A stretch of DNA of 64,000 nt. Source: an uncultured Candidatus Rokubacteria bacterium. Lineage in GTDB: Bacteria; Methylomirabilota; Methylomirabilia; Rokubacteriales; CSP1-6. Position 1 is the first letter of the stretch; each line of letters begins with the position of its first letter. The notes under the pieces were generated by a model. The model ran no database searches and was not told where the DNA came from. It worked only from the letters and a program-made list of their open reading frames with translations. This document shows positions 9,564-18,299 of the stretch, in pieces. The stretch lies in NCBI GenBank assembly GCA_963762145.1, contig CAVXJS010000011.1, forward strand, positions 256,001 through 320,000. Direction: 5' to 3'. Made by a program: the position numbers and the translations under genes.

Positions 9564-10387
9564 GGCCGGACCTCCCGCGCGGTCGCGGGCCACCGGCGTC
9601 GCGCGAGCGACGCGGCGGCGAAGATCAGCAGGGCCGCGAGGACGACCGCGCCCCCCGCGGCCAGGCGCAGGTAGTAGGCCGCGATGAGGCCGGAGGTCAT
9701 GGACAGCAGCGCGATGCCGATGGCGATCGCGGTGGCGGTGTGGAAGCTCCGGCCCAGGGCGAAGCCGGTGAGCGCCGGGATCACGATCATCGCGGAGACG
9801 AGCAGCACCCCCACCATGCGCATCGCCACCACGGTGGTCAGCGCGGTCAGCACGGTCAGCAGCAGGTTGAGCGCGCCCACCGGCACGCCGCTGGTGCGGG
9901 CCAGGTCCTCGTGGAGCGTGATGGCGAGGAGCTGCTTGTAGAAGCCGCCAATCGCCACCGTGACGACCGCGCCCAGCGCCACCATGAGCCAGACGTCGCC
10001 GCTCGTGACGGTGAGGATGCTGCCGAAGAGGATCGCGAAGAGATCGGCGTTGAAGCCGCGGGCCAGGCTGATGAGCACGACCGCCAGCGCGAAGCCGCCG
10101 GAGAGGAACACCGCGAGGGCCGCGTCGCCCTGGAGCGCCCCGCGCGCGCGCAGCCGCTCGATGCCCACCGCGCCGGCCAGGGCCACCACGAGCGCGCCCA
10201 GCACCGGGGAGACGCCGAGCACCAGACCGAGGGCCACCCCGGCCAGCGCGACGTGGGCCAGGGTGTCGGCGATCAGGGAGAGCCGGCGCGGGATCAGGAA
10301 GACGCCGATGGCCGGGCAGATCAGCGCGGTGACGACGCCCGCCGCGAAGGCCCGATGCATGAAGCCGTACTGGAGGAATTCGGGCAT
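9560..10387 (-). CDS. znuB: Metal (Zn/Mn) ABC transporter permease, ZnuB-like
   Basis: FMHRAFAAG, SLIADTLAHVALAG, LFGSILTV, VGVLLVSAMIVIP. Confidence 0.88.
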   Translation of the reverse strand: MPEFLQYGFMHRAFAAGVVTALICPAIGVFLIPRRLSLIADTLAHVALAGVALGLVLGVSPVLGALVVALAGAVGIERLRARGALQGDAALAVFLSGGFALAVVLISLARGFNADLFAILFGSILTVTSGDVWLMVALGAVVTVAIGGFYKQLLAITLHEDLARTSGVPVGALNLLLTVLTALTTVVAMRMVGVLLVSAMIVIPALTGFALGRSFHTATAIAIGIALLSMTSGLIAAYYLRLAAGGAVVLAALLIFAAASLARRRWPATAREVRP

Positions 10388-10392
10388 GCGGC

Positions 10393-11136
10393 TCAGTGGT
10401 CGTGGCTGACCACGCGCACCGCGGGGCCGTAGAGCGCGGTCAGCGCCGCGTCGCTCAGGAAGTCGCCCGGGCGGCCGTGGAAGATCAGCCGGCGGTTGAG
10501 GCACGCGAGCTTGGTGACCTCCTTGGCCACGACCCCGATGTCGTGGCTCACCAGGATCAGGGTGACGTCGCGCTCGCGATTGAGATGGTGGAGCAGGGCG
10601 TAGAAGCTGGTCTGGGCCTCGGGATCCACGCCGCCGGTGGGCTCGTCCAGGATCAGGAGCTCGGGCTTGGAGACGAGCGCCCGCGCGATCAGCACCCGCT
10701 GTTGCTGGCCGGGCGACAGCGCGCCGATCCGCGCGCCCGCGTGCGCGGCCATGCCCACCTGGCCGAGGACCTCGGCGATGCGGGTGCGCTCCGCCCCGCG
10801 GATGCGGCCGAAGAGACCGAGGGAGGGCAGGAGCCCGGTGGCCACCACCTCGTGGACGGTCACCGGCAGCGCGGGATCGAGCGTGGCCTTCTGCGGCACG
10901 TAGCCGAGGCGTCCCCATTGCCGGAACGACGCGGGCGGGTGCCCGAAGAGGCGGACCGCGCCGCGCGTGGGCGGCAGGAGGCCCAGCATGATGCGGAGCA
11001 GCGTGGTCTTGCCGGAGCCGTTCGGGCCGATGATGCCGAGGAAGTCGCCGGGCTCGACGGTCAGGTTGATGTGCTCGAGCACCGGCACGGTCCCGTAGGC
11101 GAAGTCCACGTCCTCGAGCTCGACGAAGGAGCGCAT
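10393..11136 (-). CDS. znuC: Metal ABC transporter ATP-binding protein, ZnuC-like
   Basis: GPNGSGKTT, GYVPQ, LSPGQQQRV, LILDEPT, VSHD. Confidence 0.9.
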   Translation of the reverse strand: MRSFVELEDVDFAYGTVPVLEHINLTVEPGDFLGIIGPNGSGKTTLLRIMLGLLPPTRGAVRLFGHPPASFRQWGRLGYVPQKATLDPALPVTVHEVVATGLLPSLGLFGRIRGAERTRIAEVLGQVGMAAHAGARIGALSPGQQQRVLIARALVSKPELLILDEPTGGVDPEAQTSFYALLHHLNRERDVTLILVSHDIGVVAKEVTKLACLNRRLIFHGRPGDFLSDAALTALYGPAVRVVSHDH

Positions 11137-11161
11137 CAGCCGCCGATCTCGACGGCGTCCT

Positions 11162-11797
11162 TCACCGCGCGCGGCCGCGGCGGCTGCGCGGTCCCGGATG
11201 CCGCGCGTCCCACCAGGCCCCCGCGGCGGCGCAGCCGGCGCCGAGCAGCACGCCGCCCAGCACGTCCGTCGGCCAGTGGGCGTTCAGGAGGACGCGGGCG
11301 AAGCCCACCGAGACGACCAGGGCGACGGCCAGCCCGGTGAGGACCGCGCGCGCGGCGGGCGAGAGCCGCTCCCGCGTCATGAGGTAGAGCAGGATCACCG
11401 CGAAGGTCGCCGCCGCGGTCACGTGTCCGCTGGGAAAGCCCCAGTTGACCCCGCGGGGCCGCGGCCGCCCGACCAGGAACTTGAAGCTCTGCTCGACCGC
11501 GCCCCCGATCGGCATCAGCGCGCACCAGAGCCACCAGTGGCGGCGGGCCGCGCGCGACCAGATCAGGAGCAGCGCCATGGCGGGGGCGAGGACGATCCAC
11601 TTGCCGCCATAGTCCACCCAGCGGGCGATCGCGTGCAGCATGGTGCCGCGGCCCTTCAGGATCTCCCCGTGCAGCGGCACGTCGCCCGGCAGCAGGCCGA
11701 CCGTGGCGACGATGAGGCTCATCCCCAGGAAGGCGCCCAGCAGGACCAGGCAGAGCGCCCGCCAGCGGGCGACGGAAGGGGCGTCCATGGCGGTCAT
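11162..11797 (-). CDS. PAP2-family membrane phosphatase
   Basis: KFLVGRPRP, FPSGH, ARVLLNAHWPTDVLGG. Confidence 0.88.
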   Translation of the reverse strand: MTAMDAPSVARWRALCLVLLGAFLGMSLIVATVGLLPGDVPLHGEILKGRGTMLHAIARWVDYGGKWIVLAPAMALLLIWSRAARRHWWLWCALMPIGGAVEQSFKFLVGRPRPRGVNWGFPSGHVTAAATFAVILLYLMTRERLSPAARAVLTGLAVALVVSVGFARVLLNAHWPTDVLGGVLLGAGCAAAGAWWDARHPGPRSRRGRAR

Positions 11798-11861
11798 GTG
11801 GATTCGTCGCTCACAAGCATTGAATTCTACAGGAGGAACGATGCGCTGCCGCACAGATTCC

Positions 11862-12460
11862 TCATGGCGGACGCATGATGGACGGGCGATCCAGGTCATC
11901 GTTGTCGATGAGCACGCTGGCTCGCTCATCGGGTTGGCATTCTCTCAGATAGAGAGCCTGGCCCTCGGAGTACGATGGTTTCGCATCCACTCGACGTGGA
12001 GAAAGACCGAGAAATCCCAGTACCGGCGCAGCTCGGGGCGATGCAGGAAGATGCCATCGAAGAGGAGAATCGAGGCGGGGGCGGCCTGCTCTTCGGGCGC
12101 ATCGACAAACCCATCAGCCTCGACATCGAAGATCGCCCGCCGGAATCGTCCGGAGCCGCCGGGACTCAGCGGATCGAGCAGGACCCTTGCCAGCGTCGCG
12201 TAGTCGTAGGAGTCACGGTAGAAGCCCTCGGGAGAATGCCGCCCCAGACGGTAGCGCACCGATCTCTGATGGAACGCGTCCACGCCGGCCCGGATCAAGG
12301 GTCGTGGAGAGGGGGCCAGGACAAGGGCCAGCTCATCGGCGAACATCGTCTTTCCCGCGCCATCCACGCCGTCGATTCCGACGCGCACGATTCTCGCGGA
12401 CGGCAGCTCCAGCACGGCTCGGGCCACGCGTTCCAGGACCGCTCGGCGGGTCGGGGTCAT
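11862..12460 (-). pseudogene. Uridine kinase-like P-loop protein, frameshifted near 11972
   Basis: GIDGVDGAGKT, GFYRDSYD, FDGIFLHRPEL; the C-terminus YSEGQALYLRECQPDERASVLIDNDDLDRP lies in another frame. Could be a sequencing error. Confidence 0.7.
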
Positions 12461-12468
12461 CGCCGGGA

Positions 12469-13329
12469 CTAGACCCGCCGCAGGAGGGCGTCGGCGAAGC
12501 GCGCGGCGGCGGCCGGCGCGTGGGGGAAGAAGAGGCCGGGCTCGTTCACTTCCACCTCCATGATCTGGAAGCCGGCCGCGGTCTCCACCCCGTCGATGCG
12601 CGCGTAGAGCGGGGGAACCGGCAGGGCGGCCAGCGCCGCGCGCGCGACGGTCCGGATCCGGTCGGGCGGCGGAGGCGTCTCCACGGTGCCGCCCAGCCGG
12701 GGCTGCACCCGGAACTCGCCCGCGGCGGGCCGCTTCAGCACCGCGTGCGTCATCTCGGTCTCGATGAAGATCAGCGACCACTCGCCCCGGGTCTGGATCT
12801 CCTCGACGAAGGGCTGGACCAGGACCGGCCGGCGCATCGCGCCGGAGGCGAGCGCGTCCACCGCCTCGTCCATGGTGGCGGCGCTCACGAGCCGCGTGTC
12901 GTGCGCGGAGGCCGAGATCACCGGCTTCATCACGACCCGGCGCCACGCGCGCGCGGCCATCAGCGTCTCGAGCCCCCGGCGCGATTCGTCCTCCAGGATG
13001 ACGGTGGCCACCGTCGGCACGCCGGCTCGCGCGAGCTCGAGCAGATAGGCCTTGGTCAGGTTCCAGCGCACCAGGGCGGGCGGGTTGAAGACGCGGGCGC
13101 CGGCCTGCTCCAGGCGGTCGAGCCAGCCGAGGAAGGCGTCCGGCTCGAAGTGGTAGTCCCAGTTCGAGCGCAGCACGATCGCGTCGAAGCCGCCCCAGGC
13201 GGCGCCAAGGTCGTTCCACGGGCGCGCCTCCACCGCGGCACCGCGCGCCTCGAGCGCCCGCTGGACCAGCCGGTCGCTCTCCGAGATCTCGGGCCAGGTC
13301 CGGCACGTGACGAAGCAGAGCCGCCGCAT
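12469..13329 (-). CDS. ATP-grasp (RimK/glutathione synthetase-like) protein
   Basis: RSNWDYH, RWNLTKAYL, MKPVISASA, VQPFVEEIQTRGEWSL, YARIDG, MEVEVNEP. Confidence 0.85.
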   Translation of the reverse strand: MRRLCFVTCRTWPEISESDRLVQRALEARGAAVEARPWNDLGAAWGGFDAIVLRSNWDYHFEPDAFLGWLDRLEQAGARVFNPPALVRWNLTKAYLLELARAGVPTVATVILEDESRRGLETLMAARAWRRVVMKPVISASAHDTRLVSAATMDEAVDALASGAMRRPVLVQPFVEEIQTRGEWSLIFIETEMTHAVLKRPAAGEFRVQPRLGGTVETPPPPDRIRTVARAALAALPVPPLYARIDGVETAAGFQIMEVEVNEPGLFFPHAPAAAARFADALLRRV

Positions 13330-13345
13330 GGCCGGGAGCGGCCGG

Positions 13346-14221
13346 CTAGCGGCAGCCGAGCGCGGTGCGGAGGTTGGCCAGGTTCGCGCGCATCAGCTCC
13401 AGATAACCGGTGCCCGCGGCGGCCTCGGCCGGGCTCACGCCCTCGATGGGATTGAGCGGCAGCGGGGTCGCGCCGATCTCGCGGCTCAGGGTCTCGGCGA
13501 GGCGGGGGCTCACCAGCGTCTCGTAGAAGACGTGGGTGACCTTGAGCCGCCGCGCGGTCCGGACGATCGCGGCCAGATCCGCCGGGCTCGGCTCCGCCTC
13601 GGGCGAGAGTCCCATGACCGATACCTGGGTGAGCCGGTAGCGGCGCGCCAGGTAGGCGAAGGCGGCGTGCGAGGTGACGACCTCGCGGCGCGCGCAGTCG
13701 GCGAGGCCGGCGGCGAACTCCAGATCGAGCGCGTCGAGGCGCGCGACGAAGGCCTTCGCGTTCTCCGCGTAGAACTCGCGGCCGGCCGGGTCGGCCTGCT
13801 CGAGCCCGCCCGCGATGGCCAGCACCTGCGCGCGCGCGAGCGTCGGATCGAGCCACAGGTGGGGATCGGTGATTCCCCCGACGGTGAGGACCCCGAGCCC
13901 ACCGCGCACGTTCACCACCACGCGGCGCCCGGGGAGATCGGCGAGCAGCTTCTCGGCCCAGCCGTCGAGCGGGGTGCCGGTGTGGACGAACACCGCGGCC
14001 TGCCGGACCTGGCTCACGTCGCGCGGCGCCGGCTCCCAGTCGTGCGGCTCGACGCCGGCCGGGACCAGGGACACCACGGTCGCGCGGTCGCCCGCGACCT
14101 GGCGGGCGAACTCCCACAGCGGATAGATGGTGGTCACCACCAGCGGCTTCGCGGGCGGGGCGGCGGGGGCGCAGCCGCCCAGCGCGAGCAGGGCGAGCGC
14201 GAGGGCCCACGCGCGGCTCAT
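13346..14221 (-). CDS. Metal ABC substrate-binding lipoprotein (ZnuA/AdcA/PsaA family)
   Basis: Lipobox LGGC; EPHDWEP, DPHLWLDP, TSHAAFAY. Confidence 0.92.
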   Translation of the reverse strand: MSRAWALALALLALGGCAPAAPPAKPLVVTTIYPLWEFARQVAGDRATVVSLVPAGVEPHDWEPAPRDVSQVRQAAVFVHTGTPLDGWAEKLLADLPGRRVVVNVRGGLGVLTVGGITDPHLWLDPTLARAQVLAIAGGLEQADPAGREFYAENAKAFVARLDALDLEFAAGLADCARREVVTSHAAFAYLARRYRLTQVSVMGLSPEAEPSPADLAAIVRTARRLKVTHVFYETLVSPRLAETLSREIGATPLPLNPIEGVSPAEAAAGTGYLELMRANLANLRTALGCR

Positions 14222-15042
14222 GCGAGCCGCCGGACGCGCCGGACCAGGCCCAGGGCCAGCAGGCTCGCGCCGAAGGCGCAGACCACGGTGGCTCCGGTGG
14301 GGAGGTCGAGCGTCGCGGAGGCGAGCATGGCCACGACGCTGACCGCGGCCCCGAACGTCCAGCCCACCGCGAGCCGGCCCCCGATGCCGCGGGCCAGCAG
14401 GATGCCCGCGAGCGCGGGGACGATCAGGTACGAGAACACGAGCAGGACGCCCGCGATGCGGACCGACGAGGTCACGACCAGGCCGAACGAGGCGTAGAAG
14501 AGGAAGTCCCACGCGCGCACGCGCCAGCCCTCGCGGTGAGCCCGGTCCGGATCGGTGGAGATGAGGAAGAAGGGCCGGCGGCAGAGCCAGTGAAAGACCC
14601 CGATCGCCGCGTAGAGCACCGCGACCTCGAGCACCTGGGCGCTCCGCACGCTGAGGAGGCTGCCCACCAGCATGCCGCGCAGGTGCTCGGCGCCGTGGGG
14701 CGAGCGGTCGGCCAGCAGCACCGCGCCGGCCGCCGAGACCGCGTAGACCACGCCGATCACCGCCTCGTGCGAGATCTGGCCGCGGCGGCTCCGCGTGAGC
14801 GCGAGCACCAGCGCGCCCAGGATCGTGAACCCGAGCCCCGCGGCATAGGACTGCCACGTGTCGAGCTCGTAGCCCACCAGGAACGCGGCGGTGGCGCCGA
14901 GCGCCGCGATCTGGGCGAGCGCGATGTCCACGAACACGACCTCCCGCGCGATGACGTGGAAGCCGAGGTAGGCGTGAATGCCGGTGAGGACCAGGCACAT
15001 CAGGAACGGCAGCCACATCAGCGCGAGGAGGTCGGCGGCCAT
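14218..15042 (-). CDS. Metal ABC transporter permease (second copy)
   Basis: HAYLGFHVIAREVVFVDIALAQ, GVLLVFSYLIVPA, DLPTGATVV. Confidence 0.9.
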   Translation of the reverse strand: MAADLLALMWLPFLMCLVLTGIHAYLGFHVIAREVVFVDIALAQIAALGATAAFLVGYELDTWQSYAAGLGFTILGALVLALTRSRRGQISHEAVIGVVYAVSAAGAVLLADRSPHGAEHLRGMLVGSLLSVRSAQVLEVAVLYAAIGVFHWLCRRPFFLISTDPDRAHREGWRVRAWDFLFYASFGLVVTSSVRIAGVLLVFSYLIVPALAGILLARGIGGRLAVGWTFGAAVSVVAMLASATLDLPTGATVVCAFGASLLALGLVRRVRRLA

Positions 15043-15048
15043 GCCGGC

Positions 15049-15966
15049 CTATCTTAGCCCGTCGGCCAGGGTCCGCACGTTGTAGTCCACGGTGTCGAGG
15101 TACGTCTTCGCCTCCTTGAGCGCCCCCACCGAGGGGGCGAGGACCCGCACCGTGGCGCCCGCCTCCTGGGCCACGCGCTCGGCCAGCTTGTAGTCGTTCC
15201 AGGGCTCCACCACCACGAGCTTGATCTTCTCCTGCTTCATGTCCTGGATGAGGCGGGCCAGGTGCGCGGGGGTTGCCGGGATGCCGGGGCGGTCCTCGAT
15301 CGCGCCGCCCTTGACGAGGCCGAAGCGCGTCAGGAGATACACGAAATCAGAGTGGTACTGGACGACCTTGGCGCCCTTGAAGGGCGCGAGGGCGGCGACC
15401 CAGGCGGGCATCGCCTGGTCCAGTCGCGCGAGGAACTCCGCGCGATTCTTCTCGAACGTCGTGCGGGACGCGGGTTGCAGACGGACGAGCCCGGCGAGGA
15501 TGTTGGTGGTGATCTGGGGAGCCAGGCCCGGGTCCGGCGTGTAGTGGGGGTTGCCGGTCGGATGGACGTCGCCCATCGAGCGGTCCACCCGGGTGGTCGG
15601 GACCTCGAGGACCGGGAGGCCTTCGGAGGCGTCCACACGCCCGGGCGTGCCGGGCAGCACTTTCGGATTGTTGGCCCCGCGCACGACGACCTCGGCCCAC
15701 TGATCCAGCTCGAGGCCGTTGATCACGAGCAGGTCCGCGCGGCGCACCTTGACCATCAGGCTCGGACGGACTTCCAGGTCGTGTGGGTTCTGGTTGCCGC
15801 GGGCGAGCGAGTCCACCTCGACGAGATCGCCGCCGACGGCCTCGGTCAGGGCCCTGAGATCGGCGGTGGTCGTGACGACGCGGAGCTTGTCGGCGGCCTC
15901 GGCCAGGCCGGCCTCGAGGCCGGCGGCGAGGAGCAGTGCGCTGATCACTCGAAGGAGTCTGGTCAT
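15049..15966 (-). CDS. Metal ABC substrate-binding protein (ZnuA/TroA family)
   Basis: Signal peptide; NPHDLE, GLELD, MGDVHPTGNPHY, QYH. Confidence 0.92.
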   Translation of the reverse strand: MTRLLRVISALLLAAGLEAGLAEAADKLRVVTTTADLRALTEAVGGDLVEVDSLARGNQNPHDLEVRPSLMVKVRRADLLVINGLELDQWAEVVVRGANNPKVLPGTPGRVDASEGLPVLEVPTTRVDRSMGDVHPTGNPHYTPDPGLAPQITTNILAGLVRLQPASRTTFEKNRAEFLARLDQAMPAWVAALAPFKGAKVVQYHSDFVYLLTRFGLVKGGAIEDRPGIPATPAHLARLIQDMKQEKIKLVVVEPWNDYKLAERVAQEAGATVRVLAPSVGALKEAKTYLDTVDYNVRTLADGLR

Positions 15967-15984
15967 GGGAGTCTCCTCGATGGC

Positions 15985-17415
15985 CTAGAAGGGATGCGCC
16001 GGATGGGCGCCCAGGATGAACGAAGCCTGGAAGAGGATCTCGTCGACCTTCCGGGCGCTCCCGCCATTGTCCTGGAAGCCGATGTAGCTGCAGCACTCGG
16101 AGCGCTCGGTGTGCTTGTACCCGACCCGGAAGCGGAGGAACTCCGACGGCATGAAGGTCAGGTAGGGCTGCACCGCCCACTCGGTGCCGGGGTTCACGGG
16201 ATACTGGGTCCGATCGTAGCGGAATCCGAGCGCCCAGCGGCTGAGCGGGCCGAAGCGAAACGGTTGCGTCTCGCCGTAGACGTACCAGCCGTTCCGCTCC
16301 CGCGTCCGCTTCTGCTCGATTCCCGTCCCGGCGTCCGGGTCGGTGACGAGCGCCTGGCGGATGCTGTAGAGGTATTCGCCCGCCATGGTGAAGAGCGGGT
16401 GCGTCCAGCCTTCCGGCTGGTACTTGTACTTGGCGTCGAGCCCGATGATCTGGCTGTTCAGCCGATCGGGGGTCTGGCCGCTGGCGATCGAGGCGCCGAG
16501 CTGGACCGCGCCGAAGTCGCCGAGCTCGAAGAAGGTCCTGGCCCGCCCGGTGATCAGCGGATGCCTCAGGCTGCCCAGGCCGAACGCGTCCTCGTTGTCG
16601 CCGTTGAAGACGCCGCCGAGGACTTCCAGGAAGAAGGGCAGGGGCGCGACCCAGGTGGCCTCGAAGCCCTTATCGACCAGGCCTTCCGGCCCGAAGAACT
16701 GCTTGAGCACGTCGGGGCGATCGATGTAGGGCAGGTCGTGCTCGTGGAGCACGTTGGTGAGCCCGAAGCGGTTGCGCATCTGGCCCATCTTCATCTGGGT
16801 CCCGAACGGCAGTGTCATGAGCTCGAGGTAGGCCTCGCCCAGGTTCACCGAGATCTCCCCCGCCCGATCTTCCTCCCCCGCCTCGAACACCACGGCGGCC
16901 CGCGCGTACGGATCGATCTGCCCGAAGAGGCTGACCTCGACTTCTCGGGGGAAGAAGCGGTTCTCCAGCCCCGAGAAGGTGCCGCCCGCGTTCTTCTGGA
17001 CGTTCCGCTGGGTCAGGTTCCCGATGAAATCACCGGCCACGCCCATGTCGAACAGCATCTGCCCGGGCCCTCGTCGCCCGTAGAGGGAGAACGGCTCGCG
17101 CGGGCGGGCGAGATCCATCGGGGTGATCGTGACGCCGGGCGAGGCCTGGCTGAGCGCCGGCTCCGGTGCCGCGGCCGGAGCCGGCGCGGGCGCGGCCACC
17201 GCGGGGCTCGGGGGGGGCGGTGCGGGCCGCGATTCGATCGTCTTGAGCCGCTCGCTCAGCTGATTGATCGAGCGTTCGTAGCCCTCCTTCATCGCCTCGA
17301 ACTGCTTGCGCATCGCCTCCAGCTCTTTTCGCAGCGCTTCCGTTTCCTGAGCCCCGGCGAGACCCGGCAACAGCACGCCGGCGACGATCAGCCCGATGCC
17401 GACCAGTGAGCGCAT
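15985..17415 (-). CDS. Outer-membrane beta-barrel protein, putative metal-uptake porin/receptor
   Basis: Signal peptide, coiled coil and Pro/Ala linker, amphipathic beta strands, REVEVSLFGQIDPY, NVLHEHDLP, C-terminal ILGAHPAHPF; first gene before the metal ABC genes. Confidence 0.8.
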   Translation of the reverse strand: MRSLVGIGLIVAGVLLPGLAGAQETEALRKELEAMRKQFEAMKEGYERSINQLSERLKTIESRPAPPPPSPAVAAPAPAPAAAPEPALSQASPGVTITPMDLARPREPFSLYGRRGPGQMLFDMGVAGDFIGNLTQRNVQKNAGGTFSGLENRFFPREVEVSLFGQIDPYARAAVVFEAGEEDRAGEISVNLGEAYLELMTLPFGTQMKMGQMRNRFGLTNVLHEHDLPYIDRPDVLKQFFGPEGLVDKGFEATWVAPLPFFLEVLGGVFNGDNEDAFGLGSLRHPLITGRARTFFELGDFGAVQLGASIASGQTPDRLNSQIIGLDAKYKYQPEGWTHPLFTMAGEYLYSIRQALVTDPDAGTGIEQKRTRERNGWYVYGETQPFRFGPLSRWALGFRYDRTQYPVNPGTEWAVQPYLTFMPSEFLRFRVGYKHTERSECCSYIGFQDNGGSARKVDEILFQASFILGAHPAHPF

Positions 17416-17490
17416 GGACGCCTCCGTATGGGTGAATGAGTGGGCCTGCCCGCGGGATGCGATCCGCAGGGCGTGACGGAACGGAGGGGA
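17416..17490 (-). promoter_or_regulatory. Predicted SD-sequestering RNA hairpin, module 1
   Basis: mRNA CCUCCGU (17487-17481) pairs perfectly with ACGGAGG (17427-17421), which contains the SD of the barrel gene; an inner GC-rich stem lies between them. Confidence 0.65.
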
Positions 17491-17811
17491 CTAGGCGAAG
17501 GGTGGGGCGCGGGAATCGGCGAGGGCGAACGCGGCCGCGGAGAGGCGTCCGCCCCCCGTTGCGAGTGTCGCGCCGGTGAGGAGCGCGATGAAGGCCGCCC
17601 AGCGGGCGTCGGGCAACGGCAGGTCGCCCAGCACCGAGTCGAGGCTCCGGAGGACGTGCTCCTCGTTGTAGAGTCCGGCGCTGCCCGCCTTGTGCAGATG
17701 GACCGGCGGGCTCGCCGCGAGCGGGATGGCCAGCGCGAGAAGCAGGATCGGCAGCGCGACCAAGGCGGCGCGGACCCCGCGATGCGCCGAGAGCCCCGGA
17801 CGGCCGATCAT
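17491..17811 (-). CDS. Putative ribosome-arrest leader peptide 1 (hydrophobic segment, HLH/YNEEH, RAPP)
   Basis: 106 aa ending SRAPPFA; paralog of 18300-18608; its ATG overlaps the upstream stop (ATGA). Confidence 0.72.
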   Translation of the reverse strand: MIGRPGLSAHRGVRAALVALPILLLALAIPLAASPPVHLHKAGSAGLYNEEHVLRSLDSVLGDLPLPDARWAAFIALLTGATLATGGGRLSAAAFALADSRAPPFA

Positions 17812-18215
17812 GGCCGCGCCATGCCCGTGCGCGGAGCGCCGACGCTTCGCAGTGAGACCGGATGCAGGGTGCCTGGATAGAGCCGGTCGTCACGCTCGAG
17901 GCGCAGGGCCCGGCGCTCGCCGGTGCCTTCGGGGACGAGCGTGCCTCGCCACGGGCCGGTGCCGTCGAACCGCAGGCGCCCGTCGCTGACCACGAGTATC
18001 CCGGTGGCGCGGACGAAGGGCGCGCTGACCTCGAAGGATCCATCCGCGCGGATATCGAAGTTGATCAGGCGGAAGCCTCGCTCCGTCACCAGCCACCCTT
18101 GCCACGTCCCGGTCAGGGCGGTCACGTCCTCGACGGACACGGAGACCGGGCCAGGACCGGATGCGCATCCCGCGAGCGCGGCGATGAGAACCGACGCAGT
18201 GACCAGTGATCGCAT
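17808..18215 (-). CDS. Hypothetical lipoprotein, beta-rich
   Basis: SD GGAGG; lipobox LAGC; LTGTWQG motif. Confidence 0.75.
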   Translation of the reverse strand: MRSLVTASVLIAALAGCASGPGPVSVSVEDVTALTGTWQGWLVTERGFRLINFDIRADGSFEVSAPFVRATGILVVSDGRLRFDGTGPWRGTLVPEGTGERRALRLERDDRLYPGTLHPVSLRSVGAPRTGMARP

Positions 18216-18299
18216 GGACGCCTCCTGTGGTGAAGAACGCTCCGGTCGCCCGCACGGCGGAAGCCGGCGGGCGGTGACTACGACGACAGGGCGGGGAGG
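18216..18299 (-). promoter_or_regulatory. Predicted SD-sequestering RNA hairpin, module 2
   Basis: mRNA GCCUCC (at the leader stop) and CCUGU can each pair with ACAGGAGGC (SD region); inner stem GCCCGC-CGGC-UUCC-GCCG-U-GCGGGC. Confidence 0.6.
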
